Position numbers and translations under genes: made by a program. Under the pieces are notes generated by a model, which had not been told where the DNA came from, did no database searches, and saw nothing but the letters and a program-made list of their open reading frames with translations. 64,000 nt of DNA from the human T2T-CHM13v2.0 reference genome, Homo sapiens. This document shows positions 38,431 to 62,541 of this stretch, piece by piece. Positions within the stretch are counted from its first letter, which is position 1, and the number at the start of each line of letters is the position of its first letter. Location: assembly GCF_009914755.1 (NCBI RefSeq), contig NC_060929.1; one strand, written 5' to 3'.

Positions 38431-40047
38431 CTATTTTATAAACTTCTCATAATAATCTTTATAATCTCTCCTAAAACACCTTTGAAGGAGGTAGTACTCA
38501 TACCTGATTATTAGTTTGTTCAAATCTAAGTAATCAAATCACTATCATGACAAAAGAAAATAATCACCACCACAAGAGTCAGAATTTGAGTTGGTCATAC
38601 ACTGTTCACCAAATGGAAATTCTAAGAGAAGCAGAGAAAACGTATGCGTGAGGGAAAATGTCCAAGTGTTCTAATTACTGCACCTGTTCAAGATGCATTA
38701 GTTTAATTCAGCAAATGAAAATTTAAAGTCTCTCTATATTACTTTTCATTTAAGCCTTCACATCACTATTTTATAGATTTCTTGAACAACTATGACAGGA
38801 TCTATTCAGTTATAAATAATTTTTTAAAAATTTTAATTAACAGATGAAACTACCAGATAAAGTACTTAGACAATGCTCTATGGGTGCAAGAGAAAGAACA
38901 CTGTATTATGAGTCAGTCCCCTTAGAGTTATGAACCACATAGCACATGGTTGGTACATGCTTGGAAAAGTTACTCTGGGGCTAAGTTCAATTTCCTCACC
39001 TGTGAAGTTAAGACCAAATTACCTTACAGTTATATAGGAATTTGTAGTTTTCACAGGGTTTTGGCTTGTTGCCTCTCAGGTGAGTTTTACAGGAACCCCG
39101 ATAGGCGGGCAGGGAAGGTGTCAGCGCCCTGTTTTATAGTTGTGGATTTCTTAACAGTTAAAGAGATCACATGAAACACTGTAAAAACAGCAAAAGTATC
39201 AATACGACTCTAAGATGAGCATGAATCCCCACGTTCCTAGTCCTTCTGGGAGGCTATACTTAAAAAGAGTGACAATCACAATGGCTGGGTGATTAAATAA
39301 GTCAATTACTGGAATAAAAGGTTTTTAAAAGACTAAACATAAAAGGAAGCAAATGAAAGTCGACCTTTCTAAAAGCATAGTCAGAATTTAAGTACATGCA
39401 TAGAAAAGTATCTACGGGTATTCACCATAATATTAATAGCGGTTCGCTCCGGGTGCGGGGAATACGGGTGACTTTATCTTTCTTGTTTATCTGCGTTTTC
39501 TAAAACAAACATGAACTAGTTGATATTCTAAACAAAAACAAGCCAAAGCAATTACACACTGGCAGACTGCATGCACGTACGTTTGAAAGCTCCAACTGTA
39601 ACAACAGTGACAACTCCCAGGAACCCACCGGCATTTCAAGGACACAAGCAGGAAGCCCGGAAATCCCTAAAAACAGGTGCTAAAAGCCGCCAGCGCAACC
39701 TGACAGCCGCGACCGCCTCTTTTCAACCTGAATTCAGGGGGAGCTGGGAGAGGAGACTAGTCTGGTTTGACAAAAATCAGAATCAGAAATTCCCTCTGGC
39801 ACCTCCCAGATCTCGAAGAGAAAGTGGGAGGAAAGGCTAGGGGGCGGCAGGCATTCACCATGCATGAATAGGGGGATGGGGAGGACGGAAGCCTCGAACT
39901 CGTGGCTCAAATGGTCCCTCCGCCCCCATACCGGACGAAGCGCCGGCGAGGAGCGACGGGCTTGGAAGCCGACCGCCCAGCCAAGGGGCTTTCAGACGGG
40001 GCCCAAGGGTGCCCTCCCAACCTGGCGGGCCCCAGCCCCCGTCTTAC

Positions 40048-40075
40048 AGGGTTTCTTGGCATCTTTGATCTTCAT
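40048..40075 (-). CDS. PANK3: PANK3 coding exon 1 (MKIKDAKKP + first base of Ser codon)
   Basis: Minus strand reads GACGCC ATG AAG ATC AAA GAT GCC AAG AAA CCC T|GTAAGA; 28 nt, canonical donor; lies in CpG island; joins in frame to exon 2 (T+CT=Ser). Confidence 0.97.
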
Positions 40076-40366
40076 GGCGTCGGCCCGAGGGGCGATGGAC
40101 GGCCTCCGATCCGGGGCACTGAGAGCAGAGGCGGCGACTCCGGAGGTGGCTGGGCCGCGCGGCGAGGCCCGGCCGGTTCCTCCCCTCAGGCCGGGCGGGG
40201 CCGGCCTAGGGCGGGGCGGCGGCGCCTGAGGAGATGCCCGGCCCAGGGGGCGGCCCCCCACCCCCGCGAGGGGTGGCCGGGACCGAGCAAGCTGGGGAAG
40301 GCCGCCGGCCTCGCCGCTCCGGGGCCCCCCCGCAGCCGCTCCAAACAAAAGGCCCCGGTCCCCGGA

Positions 40367-40392
40367 GCCGCCGCCACCGCCGCCGCCGCCGC
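40367..40392. repeat. Short interrupted GCC/CGG repeat in the promoter/5' leader
   Basis: (GCC)3 ACC (GCC)4 GC. Confidence 0.9.
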
Positions 40393-41721
40393 ACTGAGAA
40401 ATAGCCCGCCCAGGCCGAACGCCCACGTGACGCGAGCCCCCCCTCGCTCCGCTTCCGCCCGGCTGCTGGGGATTGTAGTTCTCCGGGTCGTGAGGCCCCG
40501 CTCTCTGGCTGTAGTTGTGCAGGTGGACTACAAAGCCCGAGATGCATCGCGGCCCCTCCTCCGAGGCCCCTCAGCTTCCGCAGATCGCCTCAGAGTGGTC
40601 CCAGCGAGAAGAGGGCTGGGTCTTAGTCACGCCAGCGAGGAGGCGACCAATGGTGACTGAGATGGGCGTGCTGGGGAAGTCGGGCTCAGACCTCAGCAGG
40701 TCGCGGAGAGAAGGGGGAATGAACTCTTCGAGAGGACTGTCATGGCTGTTCGGCCATTCTCAGATTTCCCCTTGAGACAGGAAAGCTGGTCGTCAGGCCA
40801 TGGAAAGCGCTACAATCAGGGCTCTAGAGCTGTGCTTAAGATAGACCCTTGAGTACATTGGCGGATTAAAATTATTCACAAAGGAATCCTTTTGCTTAAT
40901 AGAGACACCTTGAATGTTAGGGTCGGAATGATGACAATAGCAGGAATAGAGGTAACATCTATGGAACGCGTTATGTTCATGGGACTCTGCTAAGCACTTT
41001 GTGTGATTTACTTAAATTCAGGGGCCTTGTGGACCACGTGCAATTATTCATTTTATTGTCACTCATTTTGAAGATGGGGCACGGTCTGAGGAGTTAAATT
41101 GCTTGCTGAGCATTCTTTTTGCCACCGATCCATATTCCCCTGGGGCCCTCCAGCCCAGCTCTCTCCTTCTAAAGGGAAAACTGACTCCCAGAGAAGAAAA
41201 TTTAGTTGCTCCAGTTCTCACAGTAAAGCCAGGACACCCTTTCCCCTTGCCTCCTAGAGTCTTAGTCCTTCAGCTGGAATGGGAGAAGATGGCATTGGGT
41301 ATCTTCTCTTGGCCTTCACTTTTGTTGCCCAGTTAGATGGCCAGGAATTCTGTAGTTTTTACAATAGATGGATAGAGGGTTGGCAGTAGAGGATTGGGCA
41401 TTCCAGTCAAAGAAACCCGCTTACCAAAGAGCCTTACTGCCCCTTCTTGCAGATGATAAGCCAAGGGATGTGAAGAAGGACAGGAGAGGACACAAGCTAC
41501 CATTTATTGAGTACATACCAAGGGCTGACACTTTGCAAAGTGCCTTACTTTTAAAATTTAAATTTAATCCTCCCAACTACTTTTTGAAATACAATGATTA
41601 AAAACTAAAAAAACTTGCTGGGCGCAGTGGTGTGTGTCTGCAGTCCCGGCTATTTGGGAGACTAAGGTGGGAGGCCCAGGAATTTGAGGCTGTATGTGAT
41701 AGAGTTTGTGAATAGCAACTG

Positions 41722-42355
41722 TGTCAGAGGCATTTACCAGAGCGACTCCATCTTGAATAGGGATTGGATGAAATAAGGCGGAGATCTACTGGGCTGCATT
41801 CCCAGGAGTTTAAGGCATTCTTAGTTGCAGGGTGAGATAGGAGGTTGGCACAAGATACAGGTCACAAAGACCTTGCTGATAAAACAGCATGCAGTAAAGA
41901 AGCTGGCCAAATCCCACCAAAATCAAGATAGCAATGAAAGGAACCTCTGGTCGTCTTCACTGCTCATTATATGCTGATTATAATGCATTAGCATGCTAAA
42001 AGACACTCCCACCAGTGCCATGACAGTTTACAAAAGCCATGGCAACATCAGGAAGTTATCCTATATGGTCTGTAAAGGGGAGGAACCCTCAGTTCTGGGA
42101 ATTGTCCGCCCCTTTCCTGGAAAACTCGTGAATAATCCACCCCTTGTTTAGCATATCATCAAGAAGTAATAATAAGTATAAGCAGCTGAGCAGCCCATGC
42201 TGCTGCTCTGCCTATGGAGTAGCCATTCTTTTATTCCTTTACTTTCTTAATAAACTTGCTTTCATTTTACATTCTGGATTCTCCCCAGATTCTTTCTTGG
42301 AAGAGATCCAAGACCCTTCTCTTGGGATCTGGATCGGGATCCCTTTCTGGTAACA
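41722..42355 (+). mobile_element. Solo MER41B LTR (634 bp) inserted in an Alu/FLAM (41617-42410)
   Basis: TGTCAGAGGC...GAGCGACTCCATCTTGAATAGG start, GGATCGGGATCCCTTTCTGGTAACA end, 4-bp TSD ACTG (41718-41721, 42356-42359). Confidence 0.9.
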
Positions 42356-42516
42356 ACTGTACTCCAGGCTAGGTGACATAGTGAGACCCATCTCCAAAAT
42401 AAAATAAAAATGTTAAAAGTTAAAGAAGAATTCACACAAATTCAAATATTGGTTCTATCACTTGTTAACAAACATGGGCAAATTACTTCATCTCTCTAAT
42501 TCTTTAAAAAAAAAAT

Positions 42517-45925
<3,409 letters not shown>

Positions 45926-46454
45926 AGAGATTTCTTTCATCTCTACTTTTTGAATTTCACTAAGAACCTGTTCCCTTTTCAGGACCAATGTGAAGTGTGT
46001 TCAGTTCACTAAGAACCTGTTCCCTTTTCAGGACCAATGTGAAATGTGTTCAGCCATGTGTTTCCTAAAGTTTTCACCAGTGTGATTGAAACTGACAGGT
46101 CATCCTGTTTTAGTTTGTGGCCACTCTTCCTTCTGCAGCCTGCGTTGGCTTTCAGCCCCAGTCCCTCCTCCTAGCACCATCTGGTTAATTGCATTTTCTC
46201 TCTTTTCTAGCATGTCCTCAAAACCCATTCCTGGCAGAGTGAATGCAGGAGCTGGGAAAAGCATCTAAAGGGGCCAAGAGACTGTCTTCTTGTCTCAATA
46301 TTTATTGTCTATGAAACACAATAAATCCAGCCCATCATGCAAAATGATAGAGGAGACCTGACACATCTTCATTTTGCCTTTACTGAGCGGGTATCCACAG
46401 AGACAGGTGGTGAGTTGTACCTAATGATGACTATAGGTCTCCTGGTATGAATAA

Positions 46455-46730
46455 ACACACACACACACATGCGCACACACGCACACATGCACACATGCAC
46501 ACACACACACATACACTCACACCCTACACACCCTTCAAAGCCCAGATGAAGCTTTTAACAGCGGATTCTGTCTCTAATTAAATGGTCAAGAACATACTTC
46601 AGTCAGTCATTGGATCCACAAACTCAAATAAGCTAGGGGAGAACATCATGAATATTAGCATCCTCAGTCATCATCCTTGTCATCATCATTATCAGCAGCA
46701 GCAGCAGCATCGTCATCATCACTATCATGA
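46455..46730. repeat. Degenerate (CA)n tract (46455-46520) and (CAT/CAG)n tract (46665-46730)
   Basis: Visible simple repeats including (CAG)5. Confidence 0.85.
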
Positions 46731-47441
46731 TAGTGGAAGCACAATTTAATTCAAAAATACTAATTAAGCTTGAACTATCTTCCAGGCACTGGAGTACTTG
46801 CTGGGGGTGGAGAGAGGTGAAAAAGAGAGAAACAATAATTAAGTTAACAAATCAATAAACAAGAATAGGCTATAATAAGTGATGTGAAGGAAATAGTCAG
46901 GTTGATGTGCTAAAGAGTGGCTGGGGCTGTGGAAGATTGGTTGGGGGTTCAGGCTTTATTCTAGATTGGATGGGCCAAGGAGGATAATCTCAGAAAGTGG
47001 CATTTAAGCTGGGACCCATGCAGATTGCTGGGAAAGAGTGTGCCCGACAGAGGTGTGACTGGTCCTGAAGGTAGATTTTTTTTTGAGGAACAGAAGCAGC
47101 AATGTGTGAGGAGTAGAGAGTGAGGTGTAAAGTGATAGGAGATTAATCAAAGAGTTGAGCTTGCTGGCCCTTGAGGGCCACCTGAAAATTTTAAGCAGGG
47201 AGTGATTTGTCCATGAATTTAGAGGATTATTTTGGCTGCTTTGTGGAGAATGACTGGATGGGAGAGGAGTTATGACTTGGAAATGAAAAGACTAAGAGAC
47301 TCCCATCCTTCTCAACCCACACAGAGTCAGTCACCAAGTCTGAGGGGTTCCCGGAGCACTCCAGGCATTGTACAGGGACTTGAATCATTATGGGAGCAGC
47401 AGAGACGGGGAGAAGTGTTGGATCAAGAATTTCATTTAATA

Positions 47442-50865
<3,424 letters not shown>

Positions 50866-51370
50866 TGGGGCTATTCAGTAAGGCTAGAAGTGAAAAAGCT
50901 AGTAGAAAGCCCATGGTGATGGAGAATGGAGGAAGACTGATTAGGGAGCTCCTCAGCAGTATAAGGAAGGACTAAGAGCACATAAGGACAGGATCATAGA
51001 ATTCCGCATCTCAGGATTTTTGAGGCTGCCACTGCCTTAGCTGTGAGGCCAGTGCATATAAGAATAGTTTGCACAGTTCTGCTGTGGAAATCAGGGCTTT
51101 TACTGAAAGCTTAGCCAACTAGCCAGCAAGAATAGCTTTCTGGAACTTAGAGCCTTGTGAAAATTCCCAAACTGAGGATAATTCCAAAAAAGGTTTTCTT
51201 GCTGGCTTTGAAAAGTAGGATATACTTTTTAAAACCCCTTCTTCATCTATGATACAGATTATCTGACAGTTCCTGTGCAGAAGTCCACAGAAGGCAGGAA
51301 AGAAGGGGCCAGGAGTAAATCAGGTGCCTCATATGAAGACCTCAGCTAAGGAATAAGAAGAGTAAGAAAA

Positions 51371-51985
51371 CAGCACGTCTTCAAATAACATCATTTCCTT
51401 CAACGCCGTTTCATTATGTTGATGAGAAAAAAAAAATCTCTTCCCAGCTGGGGCCACTGTCTGTGTGGAGTCTGCACATTCTCCCCAAGTCTGCATGGAT
51501 TTTCTCCAGGTACTCTGTTTTCCTCTCACTAGGATACTATCCCAAAGATGCACACCTGAGGTTAATTGGTGTGTCTGAAAGGTCCCAGTGTGAGTGAATG
51601 TGGGTGTGTGCGTGAGTGCGCTCTGCAATGGGATAACGTCCTGTCCAGGGCTAGTGCCTGCCTTGTGCCCTGAGCTGCCAGGATAGGCCCCAGCCACCCA
51701 GGACCTTGAACTGGATTAATTGGGTAAATAATTCTCTTATCTCTTTTTATTAATCTTTCCTAAATGACTGTATAGCTCACATTTGTTTCAATGTTTAACT
51801 TTTAGAAGTGTTTTCAGTCTTTATGAGAAGTTTAGTGATGATTCTGTTACCAGAACTATGCCATAGGAATTTAACTCTTGTTAGTATCAATTAGCCTATG
51901 GCCAAATTGGTTTCCTTATACATCGTTTTGCTTGAAGTTGCGTTTCCAAGATTTTATTGACAATGTTAAGTGAGGACTTACTGTA
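51371..51985. mobile_element. MER6-type Tigger DNA transposon
   Basis: CAGCACGTCTTCAAATAACATC start, GGGGCCACTGTCTGTGTGGAG internal motif, GTTAAGTGAGGACTTACTGTA end. Confidence 0.75.
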
Positions 51986-53332
51986 CAGCGTGGGGGTCAG
52001 GTTAGAGCAATGCTATTCAAAGTGTGGTACACAGATGGCTGCTGATCCCCAGACTGCTTTTGGCTTCCAACAAGATATGGAGCAGGAGGTAAGTCAACTG
52101 CATCACTAATCATACTGTTTGTAGTTCAGCTGGTATTTTCTTCACAGTAAGACTTTCTCCATGAAGGTAGCATTGCATTGATTTACATTTTGACCCAGGC
52201 TGTCACTGCCCTAGGCTTGGACCATTAACAAATAGTTCACTGTAAAGCTGCTTTGAGCAGCTCTGGTTTGGAGCATGGGCTTTGGAATCAGTCAGAGTGG
52301 GCTCTACCACTTAAGCAAGTTCCTTAAGCTGCCTGAGTTCCCTAGTAGGACACAAGGAAGAGTGTGGATTCTATTTCAAAAGCAATTCAAAGCCACTGGG
52401 AGGTTTCAAGCCCGATCATAAAGTTTCTTGTGAACCATGTTAGAGTTTGGACTTTGTTCAAGGAAAAGGGACCCACCAAAGATTTAAAAGCAGGGGAATG
52501 TCAGGATTAGAACTGTATTTTGGAAAGTTTACTCTGGCTGTGGTAAAGATAACAGCTTAGGCGGGACAGGAGGCAAAGAAACCAGCTAAGGGAAGGCATT
52601 CTGGTGGTGGAATGAGAGAATAAATGTAAGAATGAGTGAATTCATAGCATTTACTAGATAACAAGCTTCCTTGTGGCAGGAGCCTCACCACCTTTTGCTA
52701 TGGATGTTCTTCAGCACAAACTTTCAGTTTTTGTGCAAGTCAATTTTTAATTAACATTTAACTGGCAAAAATGACTAGCTAATATAAAATCAAGCTAGAT
52801 TCTCTGTCCATTCTAGAGAAGTTGAGCCTTTGTGAGCAAGGCTGATCTCGCTCATGATACAGAAGTCTGTCTCTTTTACCTTGTTTACTTTTTTCCTGTT
52901 TACCTTCACAGCCACTGATCCTCAAGGTTAGCAGATGAGTAAGTTTCCAATAGCAGCTGAACTGGAGTGATTTCTATCTGGAACCAAACAAATAGCTAGA
53001 CTCTGTTTGGAATTTCTGCTTCCAGGGTTATCCAGCCACAGAGCCTGTTGCACAAGGCAAACTGGCACTTGCCCAGCATGCTTAATAGAATTCTTAGTAC
53101 TCTTACCTAGAAGTCCTATTCATTATTTGAGGCCATGCCAGTCAACACCAGCTCAACCAATATCAATGACCAAGTAACAATGAAGACAGCTATTTGTTGA
53201 GCACTTACTATGTACCAGGCACTGAGCTAAGGGATTTACATGCATTTTCTGATTTTTTTTCTTGTCACACAGAATGTTTTTATTCCTGCTAATAGATTCT
53301 TTATGATTTGAGATACATTTAGAATGTATATA

Positions 53333-57785
<4,453 letters not shown>

Positions 57786-58505
57786 TGAAACAAACAAACA
57801 AACAAACAAAACAAAAACAAAAAAGAAAAAGAGAGAGAGAAAACAGGAGGTGCACAGCAGTTGCTGGTTTGTGGCAATTATGAAATCCTGTCAGGCACGT
57901 GTTGCTGGTTCCTTGATCACAGTCCATTTCTACTCAATGATTCTCTACGGCTTTGCCTTCTGGGCTCTTGGTTCCAATTTCTGAATTTAATCTTCCTTTT
58001 TCTAAAATGTAACCTGGGTGGTTTTTCCCCCTGGGTGGTTTTCTCAGCCTCCTTTCTGCCCATAGAGGTTTTGAGATCCAAAGCTCCCTTTTCACCTTGT
58101 ACTGTCTCCTTCCCTTTTAGTCCAAGCAGCTTCTAAAACACTGAGAATTTTCTATGATTCTTACTGGGGTTTCCTCCATTGGGAAAAAAGCTGTGACCTC
58201 ACATCCTTTTGGCTCATATGAGTCCTTTCTGCCTTAGGTTCCTTTTGAGGCTGCTGTGGGACAATGCCCTTAATATTCTTAGAAATCCAATTGTTTAATA
58301 AAGAGAAACAGTAAGCACCCCTTAAGCTTCTTAGAAGGATTTTGTCTGTTTGAAAGGGTTGTTGAGTTAAACCTTTCTGTGTTCTTAACAAGAGATGCTG
58401 TACCCACCCTTTGCTGGGAAGCTATTTCTTAATTTGAGAATAGTTTGCCCTCTGGAGAGGCTGGGAGTGAGAAGCAATTTCATTTTCAAACCCCAAAAAT
58501 CTGGG

Positions 58506-58820
58506 CTTTTTTTTTTTTTTTTTTTTTTTTTGAGACAGGGTCTCATTCTGTCACCCAGGCTGGAGTGTAGTGGTACAATCCTGAGTCACCATGACCTCCG
58601 CCTTCTGGGCTCAAACAGTCCTGCCACCTCAGCCTCCAAAGTAGCTGGAACCATAGACACATGCTGCCTCGCCTGGCTAATTTTTTTGTATTTTCTGTGG
58701 AGACCAGATATAGCCACGTGGCCCAGGCTGGTCTGGTCTCAAACTCCTGGGCTCAAGAGATCTGTCCACCTTAACCTCCCAAAGTGCTGGAATTATAGGC
58801 TTGAGCCACGTTGCCCAGCC
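58506..58820 (-). mobile_element. AluJ
   Basis: Alu consensus with poly(T). Confidence 0.88.
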
Positions 58821-60251
58821 TCTTTTTTATACCCTCTAAATTTTGCTTGAAATCTAAACAGTTTCATTTTTTAAGCTGCTTTTTTTTTTCTTTCTTTCTC
58901 ATCCTCTGACTCTCATAAGCTGCTTTTTCTCATTTGCCTGGTACTATATGCAGCTTGGCTAGATCATCATATTCGTTAGGTACATTTCCTGCTTTCCCAC
59001 ATCACAACTGACAACAATGCCTCTACCTTCCACCACCTGTGAAGGTCTTCTTTCCCTTCTTTCCAGTAGCATTTCCCTCACTTCCCTGTAAGGTGTCTGC
59101 AAGACCCATTAGGCTTCACTAACATTCATCAAGGCCCCTCAGCTTCTACCTGCTACTAAAGCACAAGGATGATGCTACATGTTTAGGTTTCTGTTACAGT
59201 AGCAACACACTTCTAATATCAATTAATATTGGGTTCCAGTTGTCTGTTGCCATGTAACAAATCACCCCAACCTTAGCTCCTTAAAATAACAGCAGTAATT
59301 TGATTTTTATTGCTTCTGGTCCTCAGGCTTGGCAAGGTTCATTTAACCAGTTCTCACTCAGGGTCGCCTGTGAAGTTGCAGTTGTCTGGCTGGGGCAAGT
59401 GTCATCTTGAAGGTTAGCCCATGCTAACTAATTGAGTTTTTCCTTTGGGAATTTGTAACTGAGATATTGACAGACTAACCTGATTAATAAGGGGAGCTAT
59501 GCTGAGAGGCCGTGTGGACTTTTAGAGTTAAAATAGGGTTGCATTTGTTATACTCAGCCATGGGTAAGATGGCTACCCACAGGAAGTCATCTGTTAGGAG
59601 AGAAAACTGAGATGCAGCGATGACAGAGACCACAGGGCGCTCTGATTCCTGGTGGCTTTGTAACCCCATAAGTCCTGGCTGTGTTTGGTTTCTATCATAC
59701 CTCTGCATTCCTACCATAAACTCCCATTTTGACCTGAGTTAGCCTGAGGAGGTTTCTGTTCCTGGCATGCAACATACTGCCTTCTGTGGAGCCCTAGAAG
59801 GACATTTTGAGGATCTTCATTATTCTCAAGGAGTGGTGGGGATGAACAAGCATGGACTTCAGGGCCATTAAGTCATACATTCATTTATTAACCCATTAAT
59901 TCAAGAAAGTCTTTACTGAACTTCAGTTAAGTAATAACTTCTGCTAGGCACTGGACACATAGAGGTGAACAAAATGGACAAGGTCCCTGTCCTCATGGAG
60001 CTTACAGTCTAATGACAATCACCCAAAGCCAAATTCAATTGCCTCCTCTGCCAGTTACTAGCTGGGTGAAATTCCCACTGAATTGAGGATTTCATTTTGC
60101 CATCTGGGAAATGGGCATCACTTTGTGGAGTTGGGATGAAAATTAAATTACGCATATGTATGTGTGTGTGCATGTGTGTGTGTGCAGATCATGTGGCACA
60201 TGGAAAGTCCTTACATATTTGAGTTTTATTTCCTGTTCCTGTTCTCTTAAA

Positions 60252-60450
60252 TCAGGGATGGCATCTTGGGCAGGGTAATTCTTTGTTTTAGGGCCTATCC
60301 TGTGCATCGTGGGACATTTAGCGGTATCCTTGGCTTCTACCCACCAGGTGCTAGTAGTTCTACCCCCCAGCACAAGTTATGATAAGCAAAAATGTCTCCA
60401 CATATTGCTGGGGTGGAAGGCAAAATTGCTCCCAGTTGCAAACCACTGCT
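60252..60450. mobile_element. MER20 hAT-Charlie element
   Basis: TAATTCTTTGTT...CCTGTGCAT...AAAAATGTCTCCA...GCAAAATTGCTCCCAGTTGCAAACCACTG. Confidence 0.8.
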
Positions 60451-60529
60451 TTAGATAAAATGCCAGACCTTCATGCCTAAAGCTGCAGACCCCAGCACCC
60501 ACCTTTGCACTTCACTTCCCAATTTGTAT

Positions 60530-61083
60530 TGCGGGGTGAGGTGTCAGAGCCCCAGCATTGAGAAGTAGTCAACTCGCGGGTTGGTAAAAAGAATTTACCA
60601 ACCACAGTATACGCTTGAAAAAGGAAGGTTTATTAGAAAGAAAGAATGCCGCAGAAGGGTGCAGCGAGGCGCCTCAGTGATTTTTCCTTAGGGGTATTTA
60701 TGGACCTTAAAGTGGGAGCTTAAGGGTAATTTGAACCATATTAGCCACATAGGTCATGATAAATGATTACATTTGTAGACATTTTGGTGCCTTAATGTCA
60801 GCAAGGATTGCACAATGAGTTTCGACATGGCGTTCCAGAGATGCATAGAAATTCTAGTTTTACTTATAAGTTTTTTCGACGGGGAAATAAATCTAGAACC
60901 GATGCCTGCTTTAGATACTAGGGAAGTCTAATTACTTCTAATTTTCCCCAGGTAAGGAATTTTGCCTTCGGATGGCCTGTTTGATAGTCACCAGGTGGTC
61001 TTTGCTCCCTTTTAAATTCCTCAGGTTAGGAGTTTTTGTCTCGGGGCCTGTTCAGTGGTCACCAGGTGATTTTATTCTCCTCA
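60530..61083 (-). mobile_element. Solo ERV1-class LTR (MER84-like)
   Basis: Minus strand starts TGAGGAGAATAAAATCACCTGGTGACCAC with a repeated CACCTGGTGAC..AACAGGCC unit and internal AATAAA; family name is from recall. Confidence 0.6.
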
Positions 61084-61657
61084 CATATGATTCCTTTTCC
61101 CTAGGTTTTTGCCTCCTAAACAAGCTGACATGAGGAGGAAACTAGATACCAATGCCAATTTTGTAGTGCTAGCATTGCAGAAAGGAAAATCTGTATAGCC
61201 TCCTCCGTCCTTCCATCTCTGAGGCCAAGCCCAGTCCTGCCCTCTTAATTACCTCCAGTGATTTCAGCAGACTGGGACTGTTGATCCACCCTGGCATAAA
61301 AAAACAACAGGCTTGGCCAGATCTGATAGGGCAGAGAAACCCGAGCCTTTCCCCTGTGCCTTTCACATGGGCCCCAGCTGGGGGTTGAGGGTCATGGCTT
61401 TGGTGGCTCTTAGCTGCCACACACTAGTTATTGCCTGAGGGAGAGGGGGAAGGGGTTCTGTTTCCAGAGGCTGCTCCAGAATTTCACAACAGGGGGGCCA
61501 TGGGCATAGCAATCTGATTTTGGTAGAAACTGAGTTGGCTTGGTAAGCACATAATTGACCCATAGATTGTGTTATACGACTATAAAAATATCTTAGTTTT
61601 CTTAAAAAAAAAAGGCCTTTATTTACACTTTATATAAAATTGAGAAAAAAATGTTTA

Positions 61658-62541
<884 letters not shown>

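Larger units (their letters stand above)
39560..40760. promoter_or_regulatory. PANK3 CpG-island promoter with E-box, ZNF143-type, ETS and GC-box motifs
   Basis: Very high GC/CpG density; CACGTG 40424-40429; ACTACA-type motifs at 40461-40481 (-), 40510-40515 (-) and 40527-40550 (+); CTTCCG 40452-40457; several GGGCGG boxes; CCAAT ~40647. Confidence 0.9.

Noticed and set aside
39902-40660. 252-aa Arg/Pro/Gly-rich ORF antisense to PANK3 exon 1
   Set aside because: Typical stop-poor CpG-island frame with a GTG start and no domain
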